From: an archaeon | GTDB taxonomy: Archaea; Iainarchaeota; Iainarchaeia; Iainarchaeales; CSSED10-239 | Length of the DNA: 64,000 nt | NCBI GenBank assembly: GCA_035400625.1 | Contig: DAOMZT010000002.1 | Location: 137,649-201,648, forward strand | Reading direction: 5' to 3' | Shown here: positions 10,499-19,516 of the stretch, one piece after another | Layout of the letters: each line of letters begins with the position of its first letter | Position numbering within the stretch: position 1 is the stretch's first letter | Notes under the pieces: model-generated | Told to the model about the DNA's origin: nothing | Databases searched by the model: none | Seen by the model: the letters and a program-made list of their open reading frames with translations, nothing else | Made by a program: the position numbers and the translations under genes

Positions 10499-10654
10499 AA
10501 TGCTTCAAAAGGAAGGCTTAGAAAAACAAAGATTGTTCTTATAATATATTTTATGACATAAATGTTTATAAAGCATTTCTCTTTAGCATTAGAACTTTAG
10601 ATATCCTTTTTTAACCATATCAAAATTGTAATATATCTAAATTAGACTTATTTT

Positions 10655-10703
10655 AAAAAAAATAAAAAAAGAAACAAAATCATCTATCTTAAATGATTTT
10701 GTT
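10655..10703 (-). terminator. Hairpin plus oligo-U terminator downstream of 10712..11464
   Basis: An 11-bp perfect stem (aacaaaatcat 10673-10683 / atgattttgtt 10693-10703) with a 9-nt loop. On the minus strand it is followed by TTTCTTTTTTTATTTTTTTT. It lies directly after the stop at 10712. Confidence 0.6.
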
Positions 10704-10711
10704 GGTTTTTT

Positions 10712-11464
10712 CTATTTATTTAATTCACATGGAGTTTGACTTCTATATAGTGTTCCGTCAGAAGTTAAACAAGCATATGCATTGCCTGTTCCTGTTAAAT
10801 TTACATACTTTGTCGGTACATTTATTTGAACTTGACTGATCGAATTATCATTTGAACCCGTACTTATTTTTATTCCGAAATCTCCTTGATTTTTACCTAA
10901 AGTTACATTATAGGCTAAAAAACTACTTTCTGGACCAACTATTACATTTCCAATTCCGACAGGTAAACCATCTGAATTTTGTAACCCTTGTACTTTAAAA
11001 TAAGGATTTTCTATATAACCTGCATCACTTATAACAAATTCGTGCGCTGTGTTTACTATCCTTCCGTGTTGTGCAGAAATCCCTACACCTTCTCCATCTG
11101 ATCTCAATCCAATAACTCCTCCAGCTGAACGTACAAATAAATTATCCTCTGTTGCGATCTGCATAGACATATTATCAATTGTTTGTGATGGATACATAAC
11201 AATCCTTGAATTTTGAGAATCTACCATAAATCCATTTGTAGATTGCATAAGTAATTGATTATTTTCTCGGTTCTTTATTGTGTTAACATTTAATGTATCT
11301 AATGTTAGGTTTGTTCTTGCTTCTTCTAGATTTGCCCTCTCACCTAAAGCTTTCATTGCTTTGCCAGTAGTAACAACTGTTGTTAAAAATAAACCCATTA
11401 TTAAACCTACAGCTAGACAAATAAGTGCCCAAATAATTAAAGATCTGTTTTCTTTTTTTGCCAT
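10712..11464 (-). CDS. Hypothetical membrane-anchored/secreted protein (250 aa)
   Basis: The ORF-track start at 11485 is TTG. The ATG at 11464 is preceded by AAAAGGAGGTAATAAA (strong SD), so I prefer it. N-terminus MAKKENRSLIIWALICLAVGLIMGLFLTTVV is a signal anchor. The rest is Gly/Asn/Ser-rich. No family recognised. Confidence 0.7.
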   Translation of the reverse strand: MAKKENRSLIIWALICLAVGLIMGLFLTTVVTTGKAMKALGERANLEEARTNLTLDTLNVNTIKNRENNQLLMQSTNGFMVDSQNSRIVMYPSQTIDNMSMQIATEDNLFVRSAGGVIGLRSDGEGVGISAQHGRIVNTAHEFVISDAGYIENPYFKVQGLQNSDGLPVGIGNVIVGPESSFLAYNVTLGKNQGDFGIKISTGSNDNSISQVQINVPTKYVNLTGTGNAYACLTSDGTLYRSQTPCELNK

Positions 11465-11574
11465 TTTATTACCTCCTTTTTTCAAATAATTTTAAATTTT
11501 ATTATGAATTTATTATTATGTTAATAAAATAAAGAATAACCGATTTATTTATATAGGTTAAGTTTAGATGCTAT

Positions 11575-12372
11575 TTAGCTTAAAAGACTAATTGTTAAAA
11601 GATCTCTTAAGCCTGTTAAAAAACCAAGTATTATTATTAAAAGCTTAGTATAGGTTCTTTCTTCTTGCTCTTTTATTAACTTATCAACAAGCCAGAGAAA
11701 AAGAAAAGCAAACAAAAGCTTTGCTATCGGGAATAAAAAAGGATTTACCTGTATGATTGCCCTAGAAATAGGATGTTGCTCATAAAGTATATCTTTAAAA
11801 AAGAAAAAACCACAAAGTGTTGCAGAAAAATCTGTTATTTGACTTAGGATTACTAGCTTGTCTTCTGTTTTTTTTAATCTAACAAAGAATTGCAAGAGAA
11901 GAAAAATAACAATTATTGAGATAACCGCTATTGCTAAAACCAAAATATGCCTAATATGAATGATTTCATAAACAAAAAGAGGTATTGAAAGAAAAAGTCC
12001 TAGAGAGATCAAGAGCTTATAATATTTTTCTCTTAACATTATTACAGAAAACACAAAACAAACAATAAAAATAAAAGAAAGCAAAAGCAACCAGCCAGGT
12101 GTGTGAAAGTAAAAGCCAATCTCTAAAGGGGAAGTAGATGGCTTTACTAACCACACACTTGTATAGCTCTGTTCAAGTATTCTTAAAAGCGCACCAAAGA
12201 AAACAAAGACAAGCACTCCAAAAATGAAATGCTTGTCAATCTTTACAAATGAAGCATATTTTTTTACAACCTTGTAGAAACTAAAATAACCTAAAAATAC
12301 AAAGAAAGTAATAATCGTTGTATTTACTAGATTATATCCCCCACCTACAAAATACTTAAAAATATGCTCCAT
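11575..12372 (-). CDS. Polytopic integral membrane protein (~8 predicted TM segments), function unknown
   Basis: 265 aa with ATG start and about 8 hydrophobic stretches by eye. The size and pattern recall archaeal DUF63-type membrane proteins, but I cannot verify that. Confidence 0.7.
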   Translation of the reverse strand: MEHIFKYFVGGGYNLVNTTIITFFVFLGYFSFYKVVKKYASFVKIDKHFIFGVLVFVFFGALLRILEQSYTSVWLVKPSTSPLEIGFYFHTPGWLLLLSFIFIVCFVFSVIMLREKYYKLLISLGLFLSIPLFVYEIIHIRHILVLAIAVISIIVIFLLLQFFVRLKKTEDKLVILSQITDFSATLCGFFFFKDILYEQHPISRAIIQVNPFLFPIAKLLFAFLFLWLVDKLIKEQEERTYTKLLIIILGFLTGLRDLLTISLLS

Positions 12373-12410
12373 TTAAATTATTTTAGATTTTAATTTATAT
12401 ATAAAATGAC

Positions 12411-13463
12411 ATGGCAAAATATTTTGTGAAAATGAAGATGAAGGTACTAAAAGTTGCAAAAAAACAAGCACAAGAAATAATTGCTAAATTAAAAGAAGAA
12501 CATAATCTTAATAATAACTATAAGATTAAAAGAGATTCTGAAAGTGTATTTATACCTGTCCTTAAGATTACAAGCAACATTAAAAAATACGAAGTTGAAG
12601 AAAAACTAGAAAAACAAAAAGACAAAAAAAAAGGCTTTAAAGATATTCTTCTAGAAGATGGAATTTCTAAAGAAATTGTTTCTGAAATTAATAGTGCTTA
12701 TGATATTGTGGGAGACATAATAATCATTGGCATAGACAAGAAATACAAAAAATATTATGCAGAGATTGGCAAGGCTCTTCTTAAATTACATAGTAATGCA
12801 AAAACCGTTCTTAACAAGATTGGAGAACATAAAGGCATCTACAGAACACAAGAGATGGAGCTTGTTTTTGGTGAAGACAAAAGAGTTACAATCATCAAAG
12901 AAAACAACTGTAGAATAAAGATTGATGTTGAAAAGGTATTTTGCTCTACTCGTTTATCAGAAGAAAGAAGAAGAATTGTTTCTTTAGTAAAACCTGGAGA
13001 AACTGTAGGGGTGTTTTTTGCAGGTGCTGGCCCTTTTGCATTAAGTATTGCAAAAAGCAAAGATGTTAATGAGATTGTAGCAATTGAACTTAATGATATA
13101 GCAGTTAAATATTTAGAAGAAAATATCAAACTAAACCATGTTGAAGAAATAATTAAACCAATCTTAGGTGATGTAAAAACAGAAGCACAAAAATACCCAA
13201 ACTATTTTGATAGGGTTGTTATGCCTCTTCCAAAGTCTTCTGAGCTTTTCTTAGATTCTGCGATTTTTTCTGCAAAGAACAATGGAATAATCCATATTTA
13301 TAAGTTTGTGCCAAAGGATGACCCCTACACAGATACAGAAAAAGATATTTTAAATATAGCAAAAGCAAATAAAGTAAAGCTAGAAATAATTAACAAAAGA
13401 ATAATAAGAAGCTACTCTCCTGCAATTGTTCAGATTGTTATGGACTTAAAATTAAAGAAATAA
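12411..13463 (+). CDS. trm5: tRNA (guanine37-N1)-methyltransferase Trm5 / Taw2-family (Met-10+ domain) SAM-dependent methyltransferase
   Basis: 350 aa. SAM-binding motif VGVFFAGAGPFAL, then EL(N)D and the catalytic-loop-like VVMPLP (NLP-type motif). The N-terminal D1/D2-like region is typical of archaeal Trm5. Confidence 0.8.
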   Translation: MAKYFVKMKMKVLKVAKKQAQEIIAKLKEEHNLNNNYKIKRDSESVFIPVLKITSNIKKYEVEEKLEKQKDKKKGFKDILLEDGISKEIVSEINSAYDIVGDIIIIGIDKKYKKYYAEIGKALLKLHSNAKTVLNKIGEHKGIYRTQEMELVFGEDKRVTIIKENNCRIKIDVEKVFCSTRLSEERRRIVSLVKPGETVGVFFAGAGPFALSIAKSKDVNEIVAIELNDIAVKYLEENIKLNHVEEIIKPILGDVKTEAQKYPNYFDRVVMPLPKSSELFLDSAIFSAKNNGIIHIYKFVPKDDPYTDTEKDILNIAKANKVKLEIINKRIIRSYSPAIVQIVMDLKLKK

Positions 13464-14177
13464 TTATTTTACTTTAGGTCTTATATATTTGGGTAATTTG
13501 ACTCTTGGAATCTTTTGTGGCTTAATTGATGTTACTCTTCTTAACTTAAACCTCATTGTTTTTCTAAATATTCTTTTAACTCTTTCTTTATTAAAATTTA
13601 CATACCCTTCTTTATCAAAAAATTTATCTCTTAACCCATTTATTATTTTTAATTTGTTTGTAAGTTGCTCTTTAGAGGTCCTATCATAGTGTTTGATTTT
13701 GCCTTTTCTTAGTAACTCTTGTTCTGCCTTGTCTATTGCTACAGCTGTTTTTATAGTATCTATACTATTATAAAAAACTCTTCGCTTATGTCTTAAAGCA
13801 ACAGGAATAGCAGATTGCAAAAACAAAGTCATTAATTGCTCAGCCCAATTTTTAGGATATACAAATCCTTCTGTTACTTTGTTATTTTTAACCCCTTGTA
13901 CAAAATCAATTTTTAATTTTCCAGAAATTTTGTTATTAGCTAATTGGTGTGGATAACTAAAAGATATAATGCCAACAGGTATATATTCTCCCCGAAATTT
14001 ATAATTAAAAGACACAATATGTCCTGGGCTATTGGCAGGAAGTATAAAGCCATCAGGAAAAGTCCAGGCAGAGTGCAATTGTAACTTATAATTAGAAGGT
14101 AATTTTTGCCTAATTAAATTTTCTTTTATTTCCTCAATTACCTTTTTTCTTTTTCTTATTTCTTCTTCAAATGACAT
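13464..14177 (-). CDS. Hypothetical basic protein (237 aa)
   Basis: ATG start 14 nt after the upstream gene's stop. Its stop abuts the trm5 stop (TAATTA, convergent, zero spacer). Lys/Arg-rich C-terminus. No family recognised. Confidence 0.6.
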   Translation of the reverse strand: MSFEEEIRKRKKVIEEIKENLIRQKLPSNYKLQLHSAWTFPDGFILPANSPGHIVSFNYKFRGEYIPVGIISFSYPHQLANNKISGKLKIDFVQGVKNNKVTEGFVYPKNWAEQLMTLFLQSAIPVALRHKRRVFYNSIDTIKTAVAIDKAEQELLRKGKIKHYDRTSKEQLTNKLKIINGLRDKFFDKEGYVNFNKERVKRIFRKTMRFKLRRVTSIKPQKIPRVKLPKYIRPKVK

Positions 14178-14191
14178 TATATCTCACAAGA

Positions 14192-16414
14192 TTACTTCTT
14201 CTTTGTTTCTTTTGGCTTTGTTCTTGGTTTTTTGGTTTTTGTTTTTGTGTTGGTTTTTTGAGGCGTTGGAGTTAATGTTTCTTTTTTTTGTTCAAGTCTT
14301 TTAAGTCTTGGACTTACGGCCTTTTGCTCTATTTCTTTTAGCTCTTTTAAATAGCTTTTTTTCATATCTTCATAAGTAAACTTGCTTATGTTTCCATTGC
14401 TTAATTTCTTTTCTAGTTCTAAAAGAGATGATTGTATTTTTTGTTGTTTGTTGTTTCTTCGAATCTCATTATCTAAGACAATTGCTATTATCATTAGAAA
14501 TAAACCAACTACAATAACCCAAAAAATACTCATATCATTATTGTTATTCTTATAAACATAAACCTTTTCTTGTGGGGCATTTACATTTGTAGTACTGCTA
14601 GTGCTATTTGTTTCTGCAGTTTCTTTTTTTACAGGATCTACAACCTCTATTACTATGTTTCCTTTATTATAATAGTCTAATACCTGGTTTTCAATATCAT
14701 ATAACTCAACAGAAAGGCTAACAATTGACATTGCTATCTTAATGTTGCTTTGGGCTTTTGTAATGTTTTTGTTTTTGTAGTAATTATATCTTTTATAAAA
14801 ATATGTTGCATGATCATAATATTGTTTAGACCACACATTATTTTCAGATCTTAAGCCCACTTCAGAACTTAAGAAAGACATAGAGTCATATTTTGAAATA
14901 AATAAATTTTCATCAAAGAACTCTGTGTTTGTTTCTTTTCTAGAATTGATTATTGCCTTAGCAGAAGCTGCATCATAAAGTGCAGTAACATACCATCCCA
15001 TTTCATAATCTGTTTTTGCTGCTTTTAGCCTTCTTTGAATGTCCTCTTCTAGGGCAATACTTTCATTTAACAACACAATCTCATTTTCTAAATTTACAAT
15101 GTATTTTTGTGCTATGTCCTTAAAGTCTTTACTTTCTACAAACTTCACATCATCTTTATCTGCAGAAACTCCTATATCTAAAAAGTCATTTGCAATTTCT
15201 ATCCAACCCAAAGCATAACTATAATCCATTATTCTGTCAAGTGGCGTTCCTGCCTTTTTGTCTTCTTTAATATCTCTAATTTTGTTTTTACCCCAAACTA
15301 ATCTTTGCCTTGCACTTATACACCATTCAATTTTATCCAAAGAACAAGACTTTGATCTGTTTTCTGTTAATTCTATTTTTTCTTCTATCTCTTTTATTCT
15401 TAGATTATAGATTGTTGAATCTGCAGTTAAAATAGAAGGGTTACTTACTACTTCATCAATTGCAATAAGGTAAATCTTTGCAAGGAATGCTTCGTTTGCA
15501 GCAGTATATAGATAGTTGCCTTCAGAATATTTGTGAGCATTAGCAATTGATTCTTTTGAATAATCAACTAAGGATAATAGACTTTGAACAGTTGAACTAT
15601 CTTTTATTTTACTGACATTAATATTTCCTTCTGTTTTTTCTAAAACCATGTTTGCATCAATTAGATATTTATTTACTAATAATCTCATAGGTTCTAATGC
15701 TTTTGAATATTCTATTGCATTAGGAATATATTCTGGGTCTTTTGATTCTTTTATTAAATTAATATCAATATCTTCTATATTCATAGAAACATACTTTTGA
15801 ATATCCTCTATTGTTTCAACTTCTACTATTTTCATACCCCACTTGTCGTAAGCATATTCTGGAAGATCAACAATTTGAGAATTACCAGAGTCAGTAGTTA
15901 TTGCTTGTTTTCTTGTGCCTAATGGTATCATAAACAACTTAATACCAACATCTGCTGCCTTCTTTGCTTTTGCTCCAATACCACCAACTTCTCCAACATA
16001 GCCATCTTCTGTTATGGTTCCTGTTATACTTACTTTTCCTGAAAGATCTTTATCACTAAGCATAGAAATTAATAGCAAAGACATTGCAGCGCCTGCTGAT
16101 GGCCCATCAATACTGCTTGCTACTGCTTGTATTTCAAATAAATAATTATATTTGCCTTTTGTGCCATCTACTACCCTTTCTGCAGCATTAACAGCGTTTC
16201 TTTCAGATTCTTGAGTTAATGATCCGACTTGGGAATTTACATTTGAATAAATTTTGCCAGTTCCTGGTGTGATTTCAATAACTAAATTAGCATCCATTCC
16301 TACATTTGAATTGTTTACTGCAAAAATCTTCATTTCTGCTTTTGGGATATATGCAAAAATATTTGTAGAAATCATTATTATAAATAAAACCACTAATAAT
16401 ACTTTTTTATTCAT
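14192..16414 (-). CDS. Exported Lon-protease (S16) catalytic-domain protein with long helical region, C-proximal TM helix and Lys-rich tail
   Basis: The S16 Ser-Lys dyad context is present: IDGPSAGAAMSLLLISMLS ... VGGIGAKAKKAADVGIKLFMIP. I prefer the ATG at 16414 (MNKKVLLVVLFIIMISTNIFA, signal-peptide-like). The TTG at 16480 would overlap scpB by 53 nt. A TM helix (IFWVIVVGLFLMIIAIVL) lies near aa 650, followed by a coiled/charged KTKTKKPRTKPKETKKK tail. No AAA+ module. Confidence 0.8.
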   Translation of the reverse strand: MNKKVLLVVLFIIMISTNIFAYIPKAEMKIFAVNNSNVGMDANLVIEITPGTGKIYSNVNSQVGSLTQESERNAVNAAERVVDGTKGKYNYLFEIQAVASSIDGPSAGAAMSLLLISMLSDKDLSGKVSITGTITEDGYVGEVGGIGAKAKKAADVGIKLFMIPLGTRKQAITTDSGNSQIVDLPEYAYDKWGMKIVEVETIEDIQKYVSMNIEDIDINLIKESKDPEYIPNAIEYSKALEPMRLLVNKYLIDANMVLEKTEGNINVSKIKDSSTVQSLLSLVDYSKESIANAHKYSEGNYLYTAANEAFLAKIYLIAIDEVVSNPSILTADSTIYNLRIKEIEEKIELTENRSKSCSLDKIEWCISARQRLVWGKNKIRDIKEDKKAGTPLDRIMDYSYALGWIEIANDFLDIGVSADKDDVKFVESKDFKDIAQKYIVNLENEIVLLNESIALEEDIQRRLKAAKTDYEMGWYVTALYDAASAKAIINSRKETNTEFFDENLFISKYDSMSFLSSEVGLRSENNVWSKQYYDHATYFYKRYNYYKNKNITKAQSNIKIAMSIVSLSVELYDIENQVLDYYNKGNIVIEVVDPVKKETAETNSTSSTTNVNAPQEKVYVYKNNNNDMSIFWVIVVGLFLMIIAIVLDNEIRRNNKQQKIQSSLLELEKKLSNGNISKFTYEDMKKSYLKELKEIEQKAVSPRLKRLEQKKETLTPTPQKTNTKTKTKKPRTKPKETKKK

Positions 16415-16427
16415 TTTTTCACATTTT

Positions 16428-16919
16428 TTATTTTTTTTGTTCAAGATCTGGCTTTGCTTTTTTATTATATAAAATATCAAACTTTTTTGTAGTTTCTAAA
16501 ACATTTCTTCTGCCTTTTTTATATACCTGTATTAGGCCAAGTTCTTTTAGAGTAGGAAGATGCTCGTTTGAGCGCCTTTTTGTTATTTTATACTGATAGA
16601 CAGGAGAATTAAGGGCGATTAATGCTAATGTTTTTAGTTCTGGCTTAGTCAATTGCTTACCTGTTGCAAATACACTAAACTTTGAAAATTCTGGTCTAAG
16701 TAGCATCTCTGCTGAATCCCCATCAATGATTATCTTGATTGCTGATTTTTTTCTTTCATATTCTTCTTTTAAATCTGAAAGAACTATTCTTATGACTTCT
16801 TTATCTGTGCCTGGAAAATTCTTTTCAATCTTTTTGATCTGTATACTTCTTGGACTCATGAATAATATTGCTTCAATAGCACATTTAATATATTCAAGGT
16901 CTTGTTTTTCTTTTGCCAT
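16428..16919 (-). CDS. scpB: Segregation and condensation protein B (ScpB)
   Basis: 163 aa. AIEAILFMSPRSI... at the N-terminus and LTKPELKTLALIALNSPVYQYKI...LKELGLI...GRR match the two ScpB winged-helix signature regions. It lies directly downstream of scpA. Confidence 0.8.
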   Translation of the reverse strand: MAKEKQDLEYIKCAIEAILFMSPRSIQIKKIEKNFPGTDKEVIRIVLSDLKEEYERKKSAIKIIIDGDSAEMLLRPEFSKFSVFATGKQLTKPELKTLALIALNSPVYQYKITKRRSNEHLPTLKELGLIQVYKKGRRNVLETTKKFDILYNKKAKPDLEQKK

Positions 16920-16930
16920 ATTTTATCATT

Positions 16931-17605
16931 TTATAAAACTTTAATAAATATCTCTGAGAAGAACTCTTCTTGCCAAGCATCTATCTTATGATCTTGAACA
17001 AGGAACAAAAGAGGTATAAAGTAATTTTCAACAACAAGATAAGGGTCTTTTTCTGCTTTTGTAAAACTAGAGAAAAGAACCATATTATATTTGTCTGCAT
17101 TCTCTTTTATTTCTGCTAATAGGCTATCGCTTCTCTCTGAGAAATCAACTGTTCTTTTTGGAAGAATAAACTCTATTGCTTTTTTTTCTTTAAATTTTCT
17201 TTCTATGTTTTTCTTAGTAGGGGCATTCATCATTAAGTCTATAACATCAATTAATTCATCTAGACTAACTTGCCCTTCTTTTAATCGCATTGGAGTGTTT
17301 AGGTCAACAGAGTTATTTAATATGTAGTTGTTGTCATCGGTTAATAATTTTAGTTCCTCTTCGTTAGTGTCTGTTGCTGTTAATTTTAGGGAATATGCTT
17401 TAAGCTTAAGAAGAATTGCAGCAGCAAGCAAGGCATTTGCAGGAACAATCAAGTTTTCTTCTTTTAGGTTTCTAATCTTTTCTAGATATAAATCTGTTAA
17501 ATTAATCAAATCAACATTCCAGATATCAATCTCATTAGACTTGACAAGATCATAAAGAATGATTTTCCAGTTTGGTTGATCAATAATATCAATTAGTTTT
17601 TCCAT
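16931..17605 (-). CDS. scpA: Segregation and condensation protein A (ScpA, kleisin)
   Basis: 224 aa. EIDIWNVDLINLTDLYLEKI...NALLAAAILLKLKA matches the ScpA N-terminal pattern (D.W.IDI...L...YL...EFL.MAA.L...K). 11 nt upstream of scpB. Confidence 0.8.
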   Translation of the reverse strand: MEKLIDIIDQPNWKIILYDLVKSNEIDIWNVDLINLTDLYLEKIRNLKEENLIVPANALLAAAILLKLKAYSLKLTATDTNEEELKLLTDDNNYILNNSVDLNTPMRLKEGQVSLDELIDVIDLMMNAPTKKNIERKFKEKKAIEFILPKRTVDFSERSDSLLAEIKENADKYNMVLFSSFTKAEKDPYLVVENYFIPLLFLVQDHKIDAWQEEFFSEIFIKVL

Positions 17606-17612
17606 ATTTCTC

Positions 17613-18044
17613 TTACTCTATTATTGTTATTGTTACAGAATCTGTTGCAATCTCATTTCCTGATTTTGCTATTATTGTTATGTTGTATGATCCAGCATTT
17701 GTAAATGGATGTGTGCCTGAACATGTGTTTAAAAAATATGTAGTTCCATAACTCCAGTTACAGTCTATATCGGGCACTTTCTGGTTTACAAAGCCAGCTG
17801 TAAATCTTATATTTGTATTTTTTGAATATGTTTGGCCATCAACAGGAGAACCAATTTCTACAGAGAAGCTATTCATAGAATCAACAAATGTTTCTGTGGT
17901 TTCTTTTACAGAACCATCATCTTGACTTGCAATTGTTGAGTTAAGATGATTAACATAATATACTCCAAAGATAACCCCACCAACAATAAGCAGAGCCAAT
18001 ATAATTAATACCTCTATAGATACCTGCCCTTTTTTACCAAACAT
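17613..18044 (-). CDS. Archaeal type IV pilin-like protein (class III signal peptide) with Ig/PKD-like C-terminal domain
   Basis: MFGKKGQ|VSIEVLIILALLIVGGVIFGV has a basic stretch, GQ, a conserved Glu and a hydrophobic helix, which is the prepilin-peptidase (PibD/FlaK-type) substrate pattern. The C-terminus (...CSGTHPFTNAGSYNITIIAKSGNEIATDSVTITI) resembles a PKD/Ig fold. Confidence 0.75.
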   Translation of the reverse strand: MFGKKGQVSIEVLIILALLIVGGVIFGVYYVNHLNSTIASQDDGSVKETTETFVDSMNSFSVEIGSPVDGQTYSKNTNIRFTAGFVNQKVPDIDCNWSYGTTYFLNTCSGTHPFTNAGSYNITIIAKSGNEIATDSVTITIIE

Positions 18045-18152
18045 AATTAAGCCTCAAATTTAATTGATTACTATAGAATAATATTAACAATAGTTATTTA
18101 AATATATTATATCAAATATAATATAGAAATATAATTTAAAAAGGTGTGATAG

Positions 18153-18863
18153 ATGAAGAGAGTACCGACAGGTGTAACAGGATTTGATGAATTAATTCAA
18201 GGGGGAATGCCAGAAGGAGCAACAGTTTTAGTTTCTGGTGGTTGTGGTTCTGGAAAAACTATTTTTGCAACAACATATATTTATGAAGGAGCAAGAAGAT
18301 TTGGAGAACCAGGGTTGTTTGTTACTGTTGAAGATAATCTTAAAAACATTGTTTGGAACATGGAAAACTTTAACTGGGACATTAAATCTTTAGAACAGAA
18401 AAATCTTATGAAGATTTATAGAATGCATATTGACCCAAGAAAAGATGTTGAATCACAAATAGATAAGGAAATGGATATTATTTCTTCTATGGTTAAAGAC
18501 ATAGGAGCAACAAGACTTACTGTTGATTCCACTACTGCTTTTGGTGGGTGGATAACAGATAGTGGTAGGCTTAGAAATCTTCTGTTTAGGTTTGGGGATT
18601 ATTTAAAAGACTTAAACTGTACAACAATGATGACTACAGAAACAACAGGCGGGGCAAGAGACTTCTCTGCTTATGGTGTTGAAGAATTTGTTGTTGATGG
18701 TGTTTTTGCTTTATACTTTATACCACCACACAGAACTATATTTATTAGAAAGCTTAGAGGAACAAAGCACTCTCCATCAGTACATCCTTGTGAAATTACA
18801 AGCTCTGGTATAATTGTTAATCCTAGAGATGAAGTCTTGTGGAGTGCTATTAAGCAATATTAG
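18153..18863 (+). CDS. KaiC/RecA-superfamily ATPase (single KaiC-like domain; ArlH/FlaH-sized)
   Basis: 236 aa. PTGVTGFDELIQGGMPEGATVLVSGGCGSGKT is the KaiC-type N-terminus plus Walker A, and RLTVDS is Walker B-like. SD GGTGTGAT lies upstream of the ATG. Confidence 0.8.
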   Translation: MKRVPTGVTGFDELIQGGMPEGATVLVSGGCGSGKTIFATTYIYEGARRFGEPGLFVTVEDNLKNIVWNMENFNWDIKSLEQKNLMKIYRMHIDPRKDVESQIDKEMDIISSMVKDIGATRLTVDSTTAFGGWITDSGRLRNLLFRFGDYLKDLNCTTMMTTETTGGARDFSAYGVEEFVVDGVFALYFIPPHRTIFIRKLRGTKHSPSVHPCEITSSGIIVNPRDEVLWSAIKQY

Positions 18864-18934
18864 AACCAATTTAGAAAAAAGCAACTTCTGCCAAGAAAAG
18901 GCAGGTTGCTTATTTTTAGCAAACAGTGAACATT

Positions 18935-19516
18935 ATGCCTAGACCTGCATTTAATAATAAAATTAATAAAAATTTTCATAAAGGGTTTAGAAAACAATCT
19001 AATTTTACAACTAATAAACGATCTAATATTAAAAATCCTAATTTTAGTAACCAATTTTCTGAAAGCTTTAATGCAAGAATGAAAGAAAATATATTTTCAA
19101 ATAAAAATTTTAATTTTTCTGAAAGCTTTAATGCAAGAATGAAAGAAAACATATTTTCAAATAATAATTTTAAAAGCACAACTAAAGAAAGACAAAGAAC
19201 ATGGTTTAGAGAAGATATAAGAGATAAACAAAGTAGAGAGAATGGAGAAAAAACAAGAGAACAGCAAGAAAGACAAAGCACAGGGAGAAGACAACAAACA
19301 GAAGCACCACCAAAAATGAATTATTATGAATTTTTAGGCGTTAAATCAACAGCAACTCCTGAAGAAATTAGAAGAGCATATAAGGCTCTTGCATTAAGGC
19401 TTCATCCAGATAAAGGGGGTTCTGCTGAAAATATGATTATATTAAACCTAATTAAAGAAACATTATTAGATCCATCTAAAAGAAGAGAATATAACCAATC
19501 AATTGGAGTACGCTAA
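18935..19516 (+). CDS. J-domain (DnaJ-like) protein with low-complexity, internally duplicated N-terminal region
   Basis: The C-terminal 70 aa (NYYEFLGVKSTATPEEIRRAYKALALRLHPDKGG...LLDPSKRREYN) is a J domain with the HPD motif. The ORF-track start at 18926 is GTG; the first ATG is at 18935. The N-terminus is Asn/Lys/Arg-rich. Confidence 0.75.
   Translation: MPRPAFNNKINKNFHKGFRKQSNFTTNKRSNIKNPNFSNQFSESFNARMKENIFSNKNFNFSESFNARMKENIFSNNNFKSTTKERQRTWFREDIRDKQSRENGEKTREQQERQSTGRRQQTEAPPKMNYYEFLGVKSTATPEEIRRAYKALALRLHPDKGGSAENMIILNLIKETLLDPSKRREYNQSIGVR
19055..19174 (+). repeat. 2 x 60-bp in-frame tandem duplication inside the J-domain gene
   Basis: The unit ttttctgaaagctttaatgcaagaatgaaagaaaa(t/c)atattttcaaataa(a/t)aattttaa occurs at 19055-19114 and 19115-19174, about 58/60 identical. 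It encodes FSESFNARMKENIFSN(K/N)NF(N/K). Confidence 0.9.

Noticed and set aside
16415-16480. TTG-initiated 22-codon N-terminal extension of the Lon-domain gene
   Set aside because: It would overlap scpB by 53 nt. The ATG at 16414 gives a proper signal peptide.
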